DNA from: Candidatus Micrarchaeota archaeon
GTDB taxonomy: Archaea; Micrarchaeota; Micrarchaeia; Anstonellales; Bilamarchaeaceae
DNA length: 64,000 bases
Assembly (NCBI GenBank): GCA_964490215.1
Contig: CAZBAM010000001.1
Span: forward strand, 130,962 to 194,961
Reading direction: 5' to 3'
Below, in pieces: positions 27,620-36,749 of this stretch (positions are counted from its first letter, which is position 1; each line of letters begins with the position of its first letter). Both the position numbers and the translations under genes were made by a program. The notes under the pieces are model-generated. The model worked only from the letters and a program-made list of their open reading frames with translations. It was not told where the DNA came from and ran no database searches.

Positions 27620-28569
27620 TCAACCAGCCAGGGGAGCGCCTTCGGCAGCCTGGAAGAGGAGCGGAGGAGCGACAGGACGCCCACGGCCATCAGCACGCCG
27701 CCGAGGACGAGGGCGAGCCCGACTGCCTGCACGAGCGTTATCGCCTTGCCGAGGAATACCGCGTTGAGCGCGGCGGTCACGATGCCGCCGAGCGTGAATA
27801 CGGCCGCGGCCTTCATGAGCGGCAGGTGCTTCAGGGTGGTGTACCAGGTGAAAAGGAAGCAGCAGAGCAGCAGCGAGGTGACCGCCAGCCAGCCAAGGAC
27901 CTCTGCGTTGGCGGTGAAAAGGGCGCCGAGCGAACCTGTGGCGGCCAGGAACCCGAGCAGAACCAGCGAGCCGAAGAACATCCTGGACGCCATCACAGCC
28001 TGGGGATGGACGCCTTCAAGGAGCCTGCCGGGCTGCATCAGCCTGCGCGAAAGCGCGTATTCAGCAGCCCACAGCACGGTAGCACCGAGCACGAGCGCCT
28101 GTCCGGGGCCGAACGCGGCCTCGCCTGACACGAGCAGCGCGTTGCCTGCCAGGATGACGAAGCCGGCTGCCAGGTCCCTGGACGACGGCCGCTCCTTGAG
28201 TATGAACCAGCCGGTGACGCCTGCGAATATGAAAAGCGAGCGGAATATGAACGAGCTGACCGCGGCGCCTCCGAGCTTGAGGCCCCAGAAGAACATCAGG
28301 AAAGGCACGCTGCCCCCGACCACGCCGATGAGCGCGAGCAGGCCCCACTGGCCGGGCGAGAGCCGGCTGAAGAGGCGGCCGAAGTGGCGGGTGCCGCCGG
28401 CGGCGAGCACGATGGCCGCCAGGAAGAAAAGCGCGCCGGCATTTTTCAGCGTCGTATAAACGAACGGGTCGGCGAGCGAGACCGCCACGCCGTTCACGAA
28501 CACCGAGACGCCGCTCACGAGAGCGGCCAGCAATGCAAGTGCCAGGCCTTTTTCGTGGTTCTCCGCCAT
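27616..28569 (-). CDS. EamA/DMT-family transporter
   Basis: 10-TM profile starting MAENHEKGLALALLAALVSG. The upstream 198 codons of the track ORF are antisense to hydD and were rejected. Confidence 0.7.
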   Translation of the reverse strand: MAENHEKGLALALLAALVSGVSVFVNGVAVSLADPFVYTTLKNAGALFFLAAIVLAAGGTRHFGRLFSRLSPGQWGLLALIGVVGGSVPFLMFFWGLKLGGAAVSSFIFRSLFIFAGVTGWFILKERPSSRDLAAGFVILAGNALLVSGEAAFGPGQALVLGATVLWAAEYALSRRLMQPGRLLEGVHPQAVMASRMFFGSLVLLGFLAATGSLGALFTANAEVLGWLAVTSLLLCCFLFTWYTTLKHLPLMKAAAVFTLGGIVTAALNAVFLGKAITLVQAVGLALVLGGVLMAVGVLSLLRSSSRLPKALPWLVE

Positions 28570-28620
28570 GCAAAGCCTATGGGATAACAAGGTTTTAAAC
28601 CACTGGGGGATAAAGCCGGA

Positions 28621-29106
28621 TTGATGAGGAAACTGAGGGTCGGCTGGTTCACATTCACGTGCAGCGAGGACAGCTCTATCGTCCTCATTGAACTCATGAA
28701 TAAGCACTACTTTGAATGGAAGAAAAGGGTGGATTTCCGCTACTGCAGGCCGCTGAAGTCCAGGAACGTGCTTGACGAGCTTGACGTCGCGTTCGTGGAG
28801 GGGGCCATATCCAACGACCGGGAAAGGCAGAAGCTGCTTGAGATACGCTCCAGGGCGAAATACCTCGTGGCGACCGGCGCGTGCGCGTGCACAGGCTACC
28901 CGTCCGCACAGAGGAACGACTTCACGCCGGAGATGAAGGAGAAGATGGTGCCCTTCCTGAAGAAGTGGAACCTCTACGGCACGGTCCTGAGGCTGGACGA
29001 GGTCGTGAAGGTGGACGAGAAGGTGGACGGCTGCCCGATGATGGAGCAGAAGTTCCTTGAAGTGCTGAACAGGTACCTGGACGAGTTCGGCGCAGGGGGG
29101 AAATGA
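28621..29106 (+). CDS. [NiFe]-hydrogenase small subunit, NuoB-like single [4Fe-4S] type
   Basis: 161 aa with GACACTG (GxCxxxG) and DGCPMM (GCPP-like) motifs plus N-terminal Cys. No distal/medial cluster domain. Confidence 0.7.
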   Translation: MMRKLRVGWFTFTCSEDSSIVLIELMNKHYFEWKKRVDFRYCRPLKSRNVLDELDVAFVEGAISNDRERQKLLEIRSRAKYLVATGACACTGYPSAQRNDFTPEMKEKMVPFLKKWNLYGTVLRLDEVVKVDEKVDGCPMMEQKFLEVLNRYLDEFGAGGK

Positions 29107-30399
29107 ATGCACGGCAATGATTTTGACATCACCATAAACAACCTCTGCAAGGTTGAGGGCCACACGGACCTTGACATAAGCGTCAAGAACGGGAAGGTGG
29201 TCGGTTCAAGGCTCAGGATAACCGAGAACAAGCGCTTCTTCACCACCGCAGCGGTCGGCAAGCCCGCGCTGGCGGTGCACCAGATAGTGTCGCGCATATG
29301 CGGGACCTGCTCCATCGCCCACATCATGTGCTGCATAAACTGCGTGGAGAACGCGCTGGACTTCAAGCCCTCGCTGCAGGTCAGGAACCTCAGGGACCTC
29401 CTGCTCTACGGCCTGAACATACGCGACCATGCCATGCACCTTTACCTGTTCTGCCTCCCGGACGTGTTCGGCAGGGACTCGGTGCTGGAATTCGCCGACG
29501 AGGGCTACGAGCACGACCTCATACACAAGGCGTTTGAAGTGAAATCGGCAGGCAACGACCTGTGCGTGCTGACAGGCGGGAGGGCGGTGCACGCGCCTTT
29601 CCCGCAGGTCGGGGGGTTCATGAAAATCCCTGGCAGGGAGGACGCGAAAAAGGTCGCGGCCAGGCTCCGGGAAGTGAGGGAACACGCGATTGAATTCGTC
29701 GAGATATTCCGCAAGTGCGGCTTCCGCTTTGACACCGACACCACGTACATCGCGCTCAGGAACAGCAAGTTCAGCTACCGCGGCGGCGACCTCACGTCCT
29801 CGGACGGCATGTGCATAGGACGGAAGAACTTCCGCGAGCACCTCCAGAAATACGTCATACCGTATTCCCAGGCGCCGGGTTTTGAGTTCGGGGGAACGGC
29901 GTACGTCGTCGGCGCGCTGGCCAGGCTCAACATAAACAGGGACACGCTGCACCCGGACACGCGCAGGGACCTGAGCGGGGCGCTTTCGGAATTCCCGTCC
30001 TCCAACGTGTTCCACAACAACCTCGCCCAGGCGATTGAAATCGTGCATTGCATAGATTCGGCGCTGGAACTGCTGGAGACCATGGAATTCAAGGAAGAGC
30101 CAAGGCCGGTGCTCAAGCCCGTGAACGTTGAGGGCGTCGGCGTGCTTGAGGCGCCGCGCGGCACGCTATACTACCACCTGAAAACCGACGACGCCGGCCG
30201 GATATCGTTCGCGGACCTGGTCATACCGACGTCCCAGAACCAGATAAAGATAGAGAAGGACATCGGTGCCCTTGCCCAGCAGAAGCTGGACGAAGGGGTG
30301 GAAAAGGAGACGATTTCGCTGGAAGTGGAGAAGCTCATCCGCGCCTATGACCCGTGCATGAGCTGCGCGACGCATTTCCTGAAGATAAGGTGGAAATAG
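29107..30399 (+). CDS. [NiFe]-hydrogenase large subunit
   Basis: N-terminal RICGTCSIAH and C-terminal DPCMSCATH Ni-Fe ligand motifs; 430 aa; only 7 residues (FLKIRWK) follow the terminal His. Confidence 0.85.
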   Translation: MHGNDFDITINNLCKVEGHTDLDISVKNGKVVGSRLRITENKRFFTTAAVGKPALAVHQIVSRICGTCSIAHIMCCINCVENALDFKPSLQVRNLRDLLLYGLNIRDHAMHLYLFCLPDVFGRDSVLEFADEGYEHDLIHKAFEVKSAGNDLCVLTGGRAVHAPFPQVGGFMKIPGREDAKKVAARLREVREHAIEFVEIFRKCGFRFDTDTTYIALRNSKFSYRGGDLTSSDGMCIGRKNFREHLQKYVIPYSQAPGFEFGGTAYVVGALARLNINRDTLHPDTRRDLSGALSEFPSSNVFHNNLAQAIEIVHCIDSALELLETMEFKEEPRPVLKPVNVEGVGVLEAPRGTLYYHLKTDDAGRISFADLVIPTSQNQIKIEKDIGALAQQKLDEGVEKETISLEVEKLIRAYDPCMSCATHFLKIRWK

Positions 30400-30417
30400 G
30401 CAGGCCGCAGGGATTGA

Positions 30418-30650
30418 TTATTTCCCGTAATAGATTCCGATAAACCCGTCTTTTGTCAGGCCGGCCTGCCTGATGATGCTCAACAGCGTGCCGCGTGCGA
30501 GCTCTTTATGCAGAGGCACAACCGGCTTGAGCCGCTTGCCGTCAACCTCCCGAATCAGAATCACGTGGCTACCGTGCTGGCCTAACTGCCTGAAGCCAGG
30601 CTCGCAAGAATCTTTATGACTTCAAGACCGGAAAGGACCGGAAGTTTCAT
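30418..30650 (-). pseudogene. hicA: hicA toxin, apparently frameshifted
   Basis: MKLPVLSGLEVIKIL... reaches TAG at 30582-84. A -1 frame continues EPGFRQLGQHGSHVILIREVDGKRLKPVVPLHKELARGTLLSIIRQAGLTKDGFIGIYYGK*, the conserved HicA core. ATGA overlap with hicB. Confidence 0.6.
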
Positions 30651-30871
30651 GAGCCCACGCTGAGGGTTGCGATGAGGGGGGCTTCTGCATGGGCTCTCCG
30701 GAGGTGTTCCAGCTCGTCAGAATCGGCATGTTTCAGGTAGAGTTCCAGAGCTTCCTTGAGGTTTTTCAGGGATTCCTCAATGGTCTTGCCCTGGCTTGTA
30801 ACCTGCAACTCCAGACAATGAGCAACATACCATTTGTCTTCTTTTTCCACTATTGCGGAGAGCTTATACAT
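30647..30871 (-). CDS. hicB: HicB antitoxin (UPF0150)
   Basis: MYKLSAIVEKEDKWYVAHCLELQVTSQGKTIEESLKNLKEALELYL... is the classic HicB N-terminal domain. Confidence 0.7.
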   Translation of the reverse strand: MYKLSAIVEKEDKWYVAHCLELQVTSQGKTIEESLKNLKEALELYLKHADSDELEHLRRAHAEAPLIATLSVGS

Positions 30872-30877
30872 TTGCAA

Positions 30878-30900
30878 TTCACCGGTAAATTCACTGGTAA
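30878..30900. promoter_or_regulatory. candidate hicBA operator: tandem direct repeats TTCACCGGTAA / TTCACTGGTAA directly upstream of hicB
   Basis: Two 11-nt repeats separated by 1 nt, 7 nt upstream of the hicB ATG. Confidence 0.4.
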
Positions 30901-30963
30901 GTTATCCCGTAGTTTATTTTTAACGCTATCTTTTGAAGTTCAGGCTGAACAGGCCGTGTCCCG

Positions 30964-31926
30964 TCACAGGGGAGGCAGGTACGTGAACCTGTGCTCCCGG
31001 GTTATCTTGGCTATCTCAAAATCGTGGATGTTCCTGCCAAGCCGCTTCTTCAGCCTGTCCAGCTGGCTGTCAAAATCCGAATCTGAGCTCACCTCAAATA
31101 TCAGGTCCGCGTCGTATGAACCGATGCTCCTGATATAATAGGTTATGTTCGGGTTGCTGCGGCAATACGCAAGCAGTGCGTCCCATGCCCGGGAATCCAT
31201 GTTCCTCAGCGAGAGCAGGAGCTCGTAGAGCAGGATGCCTGCCTTTTGCGTGCTGAAAATCCAGCCATAGCCCCATATCAGCGCCTCCTTTTCCATCCGC
31301 TTGATCCTGGCCCGGACGGTTTCCGGAGCGATGGAGCAGGCTTCGGCAATGGAAACCACAGGCGCCCGGCAGTCCCTTTGCAGCGCCAGCAGGACCTTCT
31401 TGTCCGTCCCGTCCATGACGACGGTTTTCTCAGGGCTGCCCAGGAAGGACTCGGACCTGTCTTCCACGTTCCCGACAAGATAGGATTTGTCAAAGGCCCG
31501 GTTTTCCGTGGCCAGGTGGATGGAATGCGCCCTCATGGCCGCCCCGTATTTCGAGGCGTACCTGTCCCATATGCGCTGGAATTCCAGGGGATTCCTGGCG
31601 TAGAAGGAAACCACGAAATCAACCCTCCCGCTGCACTCCGCGGCGTATCTCACCGACGGGTCGGCCGTCACCTCTGCTATGAAGGCCTCTTTCACGGAAA
31701 CGTCGTCCCACTGGAGGTACACGCCGTAGTTATGGTAGCCGAGGCGGCCTGCATCAACCCGCAGCACCTTGTCGCCGAGGATGCCCATCCGCACGAGCCG
31801 GCCTATCCTGTAATGGACGCGCTGCTTTGAAATGCCGGTTGCCTTGGCGAGCCGGCTGTCGGGCTGGCGGCAGTTGCGCCAGAGTTCAAAGAGCAGTTTT
31901 CGGTCGTATTTGTCTATTTTGAGCAT
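30964..31926 (-). CDS. tandem (duplicated) Lrp/AsnC-family transcriptional regulator
   Basis: Two HTH+RAM units: YDRKLLFELWRNCRQPDSRLAKATGISKQRVHYRIGRLVRMGIL and TDKKVLLALQRDCRAPVVSIAEACSIAPETVRARIKRMEKEALI. Confidence 0.75.
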   Translation of the reverse strand: MLKIDKYDRKLLFELWRNCRQPDSRLAKATGISKQRVHYRIGRLVRMGILGDKVLRVDAGRLGYHNYGVYLQWDDVSVKEAFIAEVTADPSVRYAAECSGRVDFVVSFYARNPLEFQRIWDRYASKYGAAMRAHSIHLATENRAFDKSYLVGNVEDRSESFLGSPEKTVVMDGTDKKVLLALQRDCRAPVVSIAEACSIAPETVRARIKRMEKEALIWGYGWIFSTQKAGILLYELLLSLRNMDSRAWDALLAYCRSNPNITYYIRSIGSYDADLIFEVSSDSDFDSQLDRLKKRLGRNIHDFEIAKITREHRFTYLPPL

Positions 31927-32033
31927 ATTTTTACTTTTAATAGATAATTAATTAAAATCTTCGTATTTTGACAAAAAAATCCTTAAATATATTTATATGG
32001 GTGTTTGGAGTGGTGTATATCAGTGGTGATAGT
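31927..32033. promoter_or_regulatory. AT-rich divergent promoter region (TATA-like TTAAATATATTTATAT) between the Lrp regulator and the small-protein/rSAM operon
   Basis: ~30% GC stretch with TATA-like elements on both strands. Confidence 0.4.
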
Positions 32034-32372
32034 ATGAGGATAATGCATATGACAAAAACACAGGTCGTTAACAGGAGGCTGGGGCCCGTTGCGAGGCCTC
32101 TCGAGCTTCTGCGCCGCATGATTGCGCGGCTGAAGGACAAGGAAGAGATGCAGTTCGCCCTTGGCTCGAAGAAGGAGAAGGACAAAAAGGGCAAGATCGC
32201 AGAGCGGCAGATCCAGAAGACGTGCGACGGCCGGGATGACTATGCCCTGAAGGTCAGGGGCAGGGAGGAGAAAACCCTGAAGAAGACGGCAGAACGCCTC
32301 CGCAGGCTTTATGAGCGGTTCATAGGGGCCCAGGTGCCGCGGATGCCGCAGCTTGAGCCCATCAGGCCGTGA
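32034..32372 (+). CDS. small highly charged helical protein, translationally coupled to the radical SAM gene
   Basis: MRIMHMTKTQ...; K/E/R-rich, 112 aa; its stop overlaps the rSAM start region. Confidence 0.4.
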   Translation: MRIMHMTKTQVVNRRLGPVARPLELLRRMIARLKDKEEMQFALGSKKEKDKKGKIAERQIQKTCDGRDDYALKVRGREEKTLKKTAERLRRLYERFIGAQVPRMPQLEPIRP

Positions 32373-32386
32373 GGAAGGCAAATGGC

Positions 32387-33862
32387 ATGAAGATGATAAC
32401 CACCACAACAGGAAGGGGTAACATCTTCAAAATCCGCAAGGACCGGTTAGACGGCGTCATACGGCAGTTTTCACCAAGGATTAGGGAAGAACCGGCGTTC
32501 AAAAAAGTGTTCTGGCTCCAACCGCCGGGCGAATCGGCCTTTTTGCCACGAGATTCCACGCCGCTACTCACTCCGCTTGCGTTATTCTCGCCAATCAGGC
32601 GTTTCTATCCCAGTGTAAGCGTCGCGCATTTCAACGAAGTCGAGTATAACGAGGAGCAGATGCGCAAGACGCTTGAAGCGGAAAGGCCGGATCTCGTATG
32701 TTTTACGCCGATGACCATCAACTACCGTTCCGTACTTAAGCTGGCGGCAGCAGCAAAGGGGATCGGTGCGACGGTGGTATGTGGAGGCCATCATGCGACA
32801 TTCACTGCGGATTTGATAATGAAACAGCACACGGATATAGATGCGGTATGCAGGCACCAGGGCGAGAATGCACTGGCCGAAATAGTCGGCGGAATTCCGT
32901 TCCCCGAAATACCAAACCTAGTCTGGCGTGATGGCCGGGGTGCAGTGCAGACGAATCAGGTGGAATACACCCCCAGGTCATCCATACTGCCGGATCTCCC
33001 CAACATAGATTACTCGCTCCTGTCGTTCCAGAGAACAAAAGAAAAAAAGGACGTCGTTGTGCCGGTATTGACTCAGGAAGGCTGCAACCACCGCGCAGTT
33101 GCCGTTCGCTATTGTGAGTTTTGCGCATGCAAGGAAAGTTACCTGAATTCCCTCGCGCCTGCCCAGGCAGTGCAGCTTTTGACGAAGATTCGTACGCAGG
33201 GGTTTGAACAAGTGGATGAAATCAGCCAAGACCTGACAGGTGACAGAGGTTGGTTCAATGAATTCCATGCCCTCGCCAAAACCGCCAAATTGCCACGATT
33301 GAGAACGGTCAGTTCCAGGGGCTGTATTACCACAGCAACCGCCGGCAAACTTGCAGAGTTGGGGGTCGAAGAGGTTTTTATAGGTGCGGAAAGCGGCTCG
33401 GATGCAGTCCTGAAAAGCATGGGCAAGGGCTTAACGTCAGCCATGCAACTGAATTCAATCAAAAATCTCTTTGAGCACAGGATCACCCTCAGTTTTGGCA
33501 TCGTGCTTGGCTGCACCGGAGAAACGCTCCAAACCCTGGATGCGACAGAAAGATTCATTCTTGAGATTAATGATCTTGCCGAGAGGCGTATCCAGAAACT
33601 TCCCTGCTTTGAGATAAGCGCGATGATACCCAGACCTGGCTCCCTCATCTGGAGTAGGCTCATAGAAGACCCACAGTTCAGGAACAACTATGGCTACCGG
33701 GCATTTTCCGATGATGCAGAGGTAGCAAAGGATGCCACCGGGATAATCACCAATGGCGTGCTTAGCTTCGATGACTTGGCCAGGTGGAAGCGCAAGCTCA
33801 AAGAAACGCTCGAAAAGAGGTTCGGGTCCCGGATGAACCTGAGGAGTTACCTTCCCGATTAG
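32387..33862 (+). CDS. B12-binding-domain radical SAM protein (class B) with a non-canonical Cys motif
   Basis: B12-like Rossmann block VVCGGHHATFTADLIM...IDAVCRHQGENALAEIV; rSAM core GCNHRAVAVRYCEFCAC (C-x9-C-x2-C) and IGAESGSDAVLKSMGKG. RBS GAGGAAGG upstream of the ATG at 32387. Confidence 0.7.
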   Translation: MKMITTTTGRGNIFKIRKDRLDGVIRQFSPRIREEPAFKKVFWLQPPGESAFLPRDSTPLLTPLALFSPIRRFYPSVSVAHFNEVEYNEEQMRKTLEAERPDLVCFTPMTINYRSVLKLAAAAKGIGATVVCGGHHATFTADLIMKQHTDIDAVCRHQGENALAEIVGGIPFPEIPNLVWRDGRGAVQTNQVEYTPRSSILPDLPNIDYSLLSFQRTKEKKDVVVPVLTQEGCNHRAVAVRYCEFCACKESYLNSLAPAQAVQLLTKIRTQGFEQVDEISQDLTGDRGWFNEFHALAKTAKLPRLRTVSSRGCITTATAGKLAELGVEEVFIGAESGSDAVLKSMGKGLTSAMQLNSIKNLFEHRITLSFGIVLGCTGETLQTLDATERFILEINDLAERRIQKLPCFEISAMIPRPGSLIWSRLIEDPQFRNNYGYRAFSDDAEVAKDATGIITNGVLSFDDLARWKRKLKETLEKRFGSRMNLRSYLPD

Positions 33863-33863
33863 G

Positions 33864-34700
33864 GTGAATGGCATTAACATAAGGATAACACCGCGATGGT
33901 ATGGCGGCAAAGGGGCAGCCTTAGCCATAGTCTCGGCCACGGCAAATGAGCGAAAACTAGTCTGCGCATACCAGACAAGGCTGAGAAAACTGAAACAGGC
34001 ACATGTACTACCAACCAAAGACCTCAGCCAAACGGTAGGACCTTACGCGGATATCTACAAGGCAGAGGTCGGCATAATGAAAAGACGGATACGACCGGGG
34101 GATAGGATGCTCGATGCCGGAGCAGGATACGGCAGGCTCGTAGAGGCGGCCCTGAAGAAAGGGGTCAAGCAGGTAGTCGCCCTGGAGCCGGACAAGCGCG
34201 CGATTGTGAAACTCAAACAGAGATTCGGCAGAAACAAACGGGTAACAATAGTGCGGGGGATTGCACAGGCCCTGCCATTTCCTGATGCTAGCATAGACAT
34301 CGTCACATTCGTAGGCAACAACCTTGGCGTGATGTGGAAGATTGTCGGCGACTGGGAGGAACTACGGTGCATGCAGAAGGAGGCCATACAGGAGATGCTG
34401 CGCGTAGCCAAACGGGAGGTTTCCTTCATAGTCTACGGCAAAGAGACGATTGTAAGTTCGCTCAAGACTTATGAGTCTGTACAGGATAACATCGTTGGCA
34501 TAAGAGACGGACTCATGCTGGTGGAAGGCAAGCCATACCGCATCGTTGACGGAGGTGCAGAGGTCGAGCGTTTCGTCTATCAGAAATTCGACCGGCGGTA
34601 CCTGGAGAACCTGCTCGCAGACGCAGGAGTCCGCAGGTATGAGATAACTGGCATACCAAAAGGCACGGAATACGGATATCTCGTAACGCTATATCCTTAG
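33864..34700 (+). CDS. class I SAM-dependent methyltransferase
   Basis: Motif I MLDAGAGYGRL, acidic motif II VALEPD, motif III IDIVTFVGN. Confidence 0.7.
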   Translation: MNGINIRITPRWYGGKGAALAIVSATANERKLVCAYQTRLRKLKQAHVLPTKDLSQTVGPYADIYKAEVGIMKRRIRPGDRMLDAGAGYGRLVEAALKKGVKQVVALEPDKRAIVKLKQRFGRNKRVTIVRGIAQALPFPDASIDIVTFVGNNLGVMWKIVGDWEELRCMQKEAIQEMLRVAKREVSFIVYGKETIVSSLKTYESVQDNIVGIRDGLMLVEGKPYRIVDGGAEVERFVYQKFDRRYLENLLADAGVRRYEITGIPKGTEYGYLVTLYP

Positions 34701-35108
34701 CAGGCCTATGATTAACGCGGCCACTTCCGCGAGCGCCTTCTTTTCAGGATAGCCCATGGGCACAGCGATTATCCTCACGGAGTCCAGCAGCTTCATCTTC
34801 TTCAGGATTTTCAGGGTGACGGCAAGGTCAAAATCGTGCATGGAATAGATCTTGCCGGTCTCCAGGGCTTCAACGCTGTCCGGCCAGTCAAGCAGCACCA
34901 CCCCGTCAATGCCTTTGGCCGCGTCCAGAATGACAAGGTCCCTGCCCTCGCCCTCCAGGTTCTCTGCCGAATCAAACTCCCTGAACTCCACCGAAGGGAA
35001 GCGCCGGCGCAGGGCCGCCATCATCCGCAGCGGTAGCGAGTCCTCCTCCACGAGCGCATTGCCGAAGACGAGGATTTTGAGCCTCCACGCCTTCTCAGCA
35101 GCCGTCAT
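34689..35108 (-). CDS. hycI: hydrogenase maturation endopeptidase (HycI/HybD family)
   Basis: ILVFGNALVEEDSLPLRM, DLVILDAA, SMHDFDL blocks; 139 aa. Confidence 0.75.
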   Translation of the reverse strand: MTAAEKAWRLKILVFGNALVEEDSLPLRMMAALRRRFPSVEFREFDSAENLEGEGRDLVILDAAKGIDGVVLLDWPDSVEALETGKIYSMHDFDLAVTLKILKKMKLLDSVRIIAVPMGYPEKKALAEVAALIIGLLRI

Positions 35109-35161
35109 CAGAGGATTTTCGGGCTGAAGGCATTTAAAAATATTCCATAGAAAGGGAACCC

Positions 35162-36697
35162 ATGAAATCGCTGCTTATCATCCTGGTTGGCATGGTTGTT
35201 CTCGCAGGCGGATGCATCCAGCAGGCGGGGACCGCCAACGGGGCGGCAAACGCCTCTCCTGCCGCACCGCCTCCTGCGTGCACTGGCGGCAGCGCCAGCC
35301 TTTCAGTGGCCGGCACCGCCTCCTACAACGGCAGCCAGTTCAGCGATGCGTGCGTCTCCAACGCATCTGTGAAAAAATTCTACTGTGATGGGGGCCAGGT
35401 CAGATCAATGACAGCCGACTGCCCGCAGGATTCCGCCTGTGAAGCCGGTGCATGCGCCGCGGTCCGGGAACCGGTCCGGCCTGCCGCGAAATGCGTTTCC
35501 ACCTCGCCGGTCGTGGATTATTACACCGCCGGCTCTGTCACGTACAACGGAACCACGTATAGCGACGTCTGCCAGGGCCTTTACAGCCTGGTCAAGTACT
35601 CGTGCGATAACGACGCGGTCAGCCAGAGCACTTACCATTGCCCCGTAGGAGACCAGTGCGAGAGGGGCGCATGCGTGCATCTGGACCGGACGTGCACTGA
35701 TACCGACGCGCAGGACCAGTCTGCCGCAGGGACCACCACGCTCTATGGCGGCGGCGTGGTGATATCGCAGATGCATGACGCGTGCGTCAATTCGACCACG
35801 CTGACCGAATACGGCTGCGGCAACGGCATCGTCGTGAACACGACGGTCACCTGCGCAGAGGATTACTACTGCTCCGGCGGCGCCTGCCTTCCGCCCTGCG
35901 TGGCGACGGCGTCCGGCGTAACAGCTGGCGGAACCGCGTATAGTAACGCCTGCAAGGACAACCGGACGTTTGTCAGGTATACCTGCTATGGCTCTTCCGT
36001 AAGCAGGGTGGAACTGCCGTGCGAGACGTTCTGCCATGGCGGGGCATGCGTGCCGGCAACCAGCCTGTCCTGCACCAGGTCGCAGAACGGCGTGCAGATA
36101 AGATACAACGGCGACGTCCTGCTTTCCCAGGACAACGCTTGCGTTGACTACCAGACCGCGAAGGCATATGCCTGCGACAGCAGCAAAATGGTGTTCTCAT
36201 ACCAGTCTTGCAGCGATGATGAGGTGTGCCAGTCCGGAAATTGCGTGGCGATAGCCCGGCCAGGTTGCTTCGTGGTGAGCACTGGCACGGAAGGGGACGT
36301 GCACTACAAATCCTCGGTGATCCTCACCAGCAACAGGACGGTGACGTCCGTCCGCGACAACTATTGTCTCAGCACGGTAATTCTGGTGCAGTATTATTGC
36401 AATGACGGAGCCATCGGGGCAAACTACGTTAATTGTCCGGCTGAAGAGAGCTGCCAGGACGGCATATGCGTCTATCCGTATATGTGCCGCGAGACGGCAG
36501 TCCGTTCGGCTGCTTCCGCAGGGGCAGCGACCCTTTATGACGGCACGAACCCCGTGCGGACGGAGAAGGACGTCTGCTCTGGCGACGGAGTAAGCATCCG
36601 CGAGGTCGGCTGCGGCGACAACGGACGCATAACGTATTCCATCGTCTCATGCCCGGCTGGCATGGCATGCAACAGCGAGACCGGAACGTGCGGATGA
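35162..36697 (+). CDS. secreted Cys-rich lipoprotein with seven tandem ~55-60-aa modules of 5 Cys each
   Basis: Lipobox-like MKSLLIILVGMVVLAGGC. Repeating pattern YNG..YSD.C......Y.C.......C....C..GAC, 35 Cys total. Confidence 0.65.
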   Translation: MKSLLIILVGMVVLAGGCIQQAGTANGAANASPAAPPPACTGGSASLSVAGTASYNGSQFSDACVSNASVKKFYCDGGQVRSMTADCPQDSACEAGACAAVREPVRPAAKCVSTSPVVDYYTAGSVTYNGTTYSDVCQGLYSLVKYSCDNDAVSQSTYHCPVGDQCERGACVHLDRTCTDTDAQDQSAAGTTTLYGGGVVISQMHDACVNSTTLTEYGCGNGIVVNTTVTCAEDYYCSGGACLPPCVATASGVTAGGTAYSNACKDNRTFVRYTCYGSSVSRVELPCETFCHGGACVPATSLSCTRSQNGVQIRYNGDVLLSQDNACVDYQTAKAYACDSSKMVFSYQSCSDDEVCQSGNCVAIARPGCFVVSTGTEGDVHYKSSVILTSNRTVTSVRDNYCLSTVILVQYYCNDGAIGANYVNCPAEESCQDGICVYPYMCRETAVRSAASAGAATLYDGTNPVRTEKDVCSGDGVSIREVGCGDNGRITYSIVSCPAGMACNSETGTCG

Positions 36698-36749
36698 GGA
36701 CCCGGCCGCAAAGAACATATAAATACGTTATTCTGCTGATATGACGTGA

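Noticed and set aside
27272-28459. 395-aa + strand ORF and the 5' extension of ORF 27616..29163
   Set aside because: Both are antisense to or overlapping real genes (the EamA transporter and hydD). The EamA gene starts at the internal Met (28569); the upstream 198 codons run antisense through hydD.
30964-34700. Alternative heme (Ahb) / heme d1 biosynthesis cluster (tandem Lrp resembles NirDL/AhbAB, plus a radical SAM)
   Set aside because: The rSAM here has a B12-binding domain rather than the NirJ/AhbC/AhbD SPASM type, and the methyltransferase is class I rather than a CobA/NirE-type uroporphyrinogen methylase.
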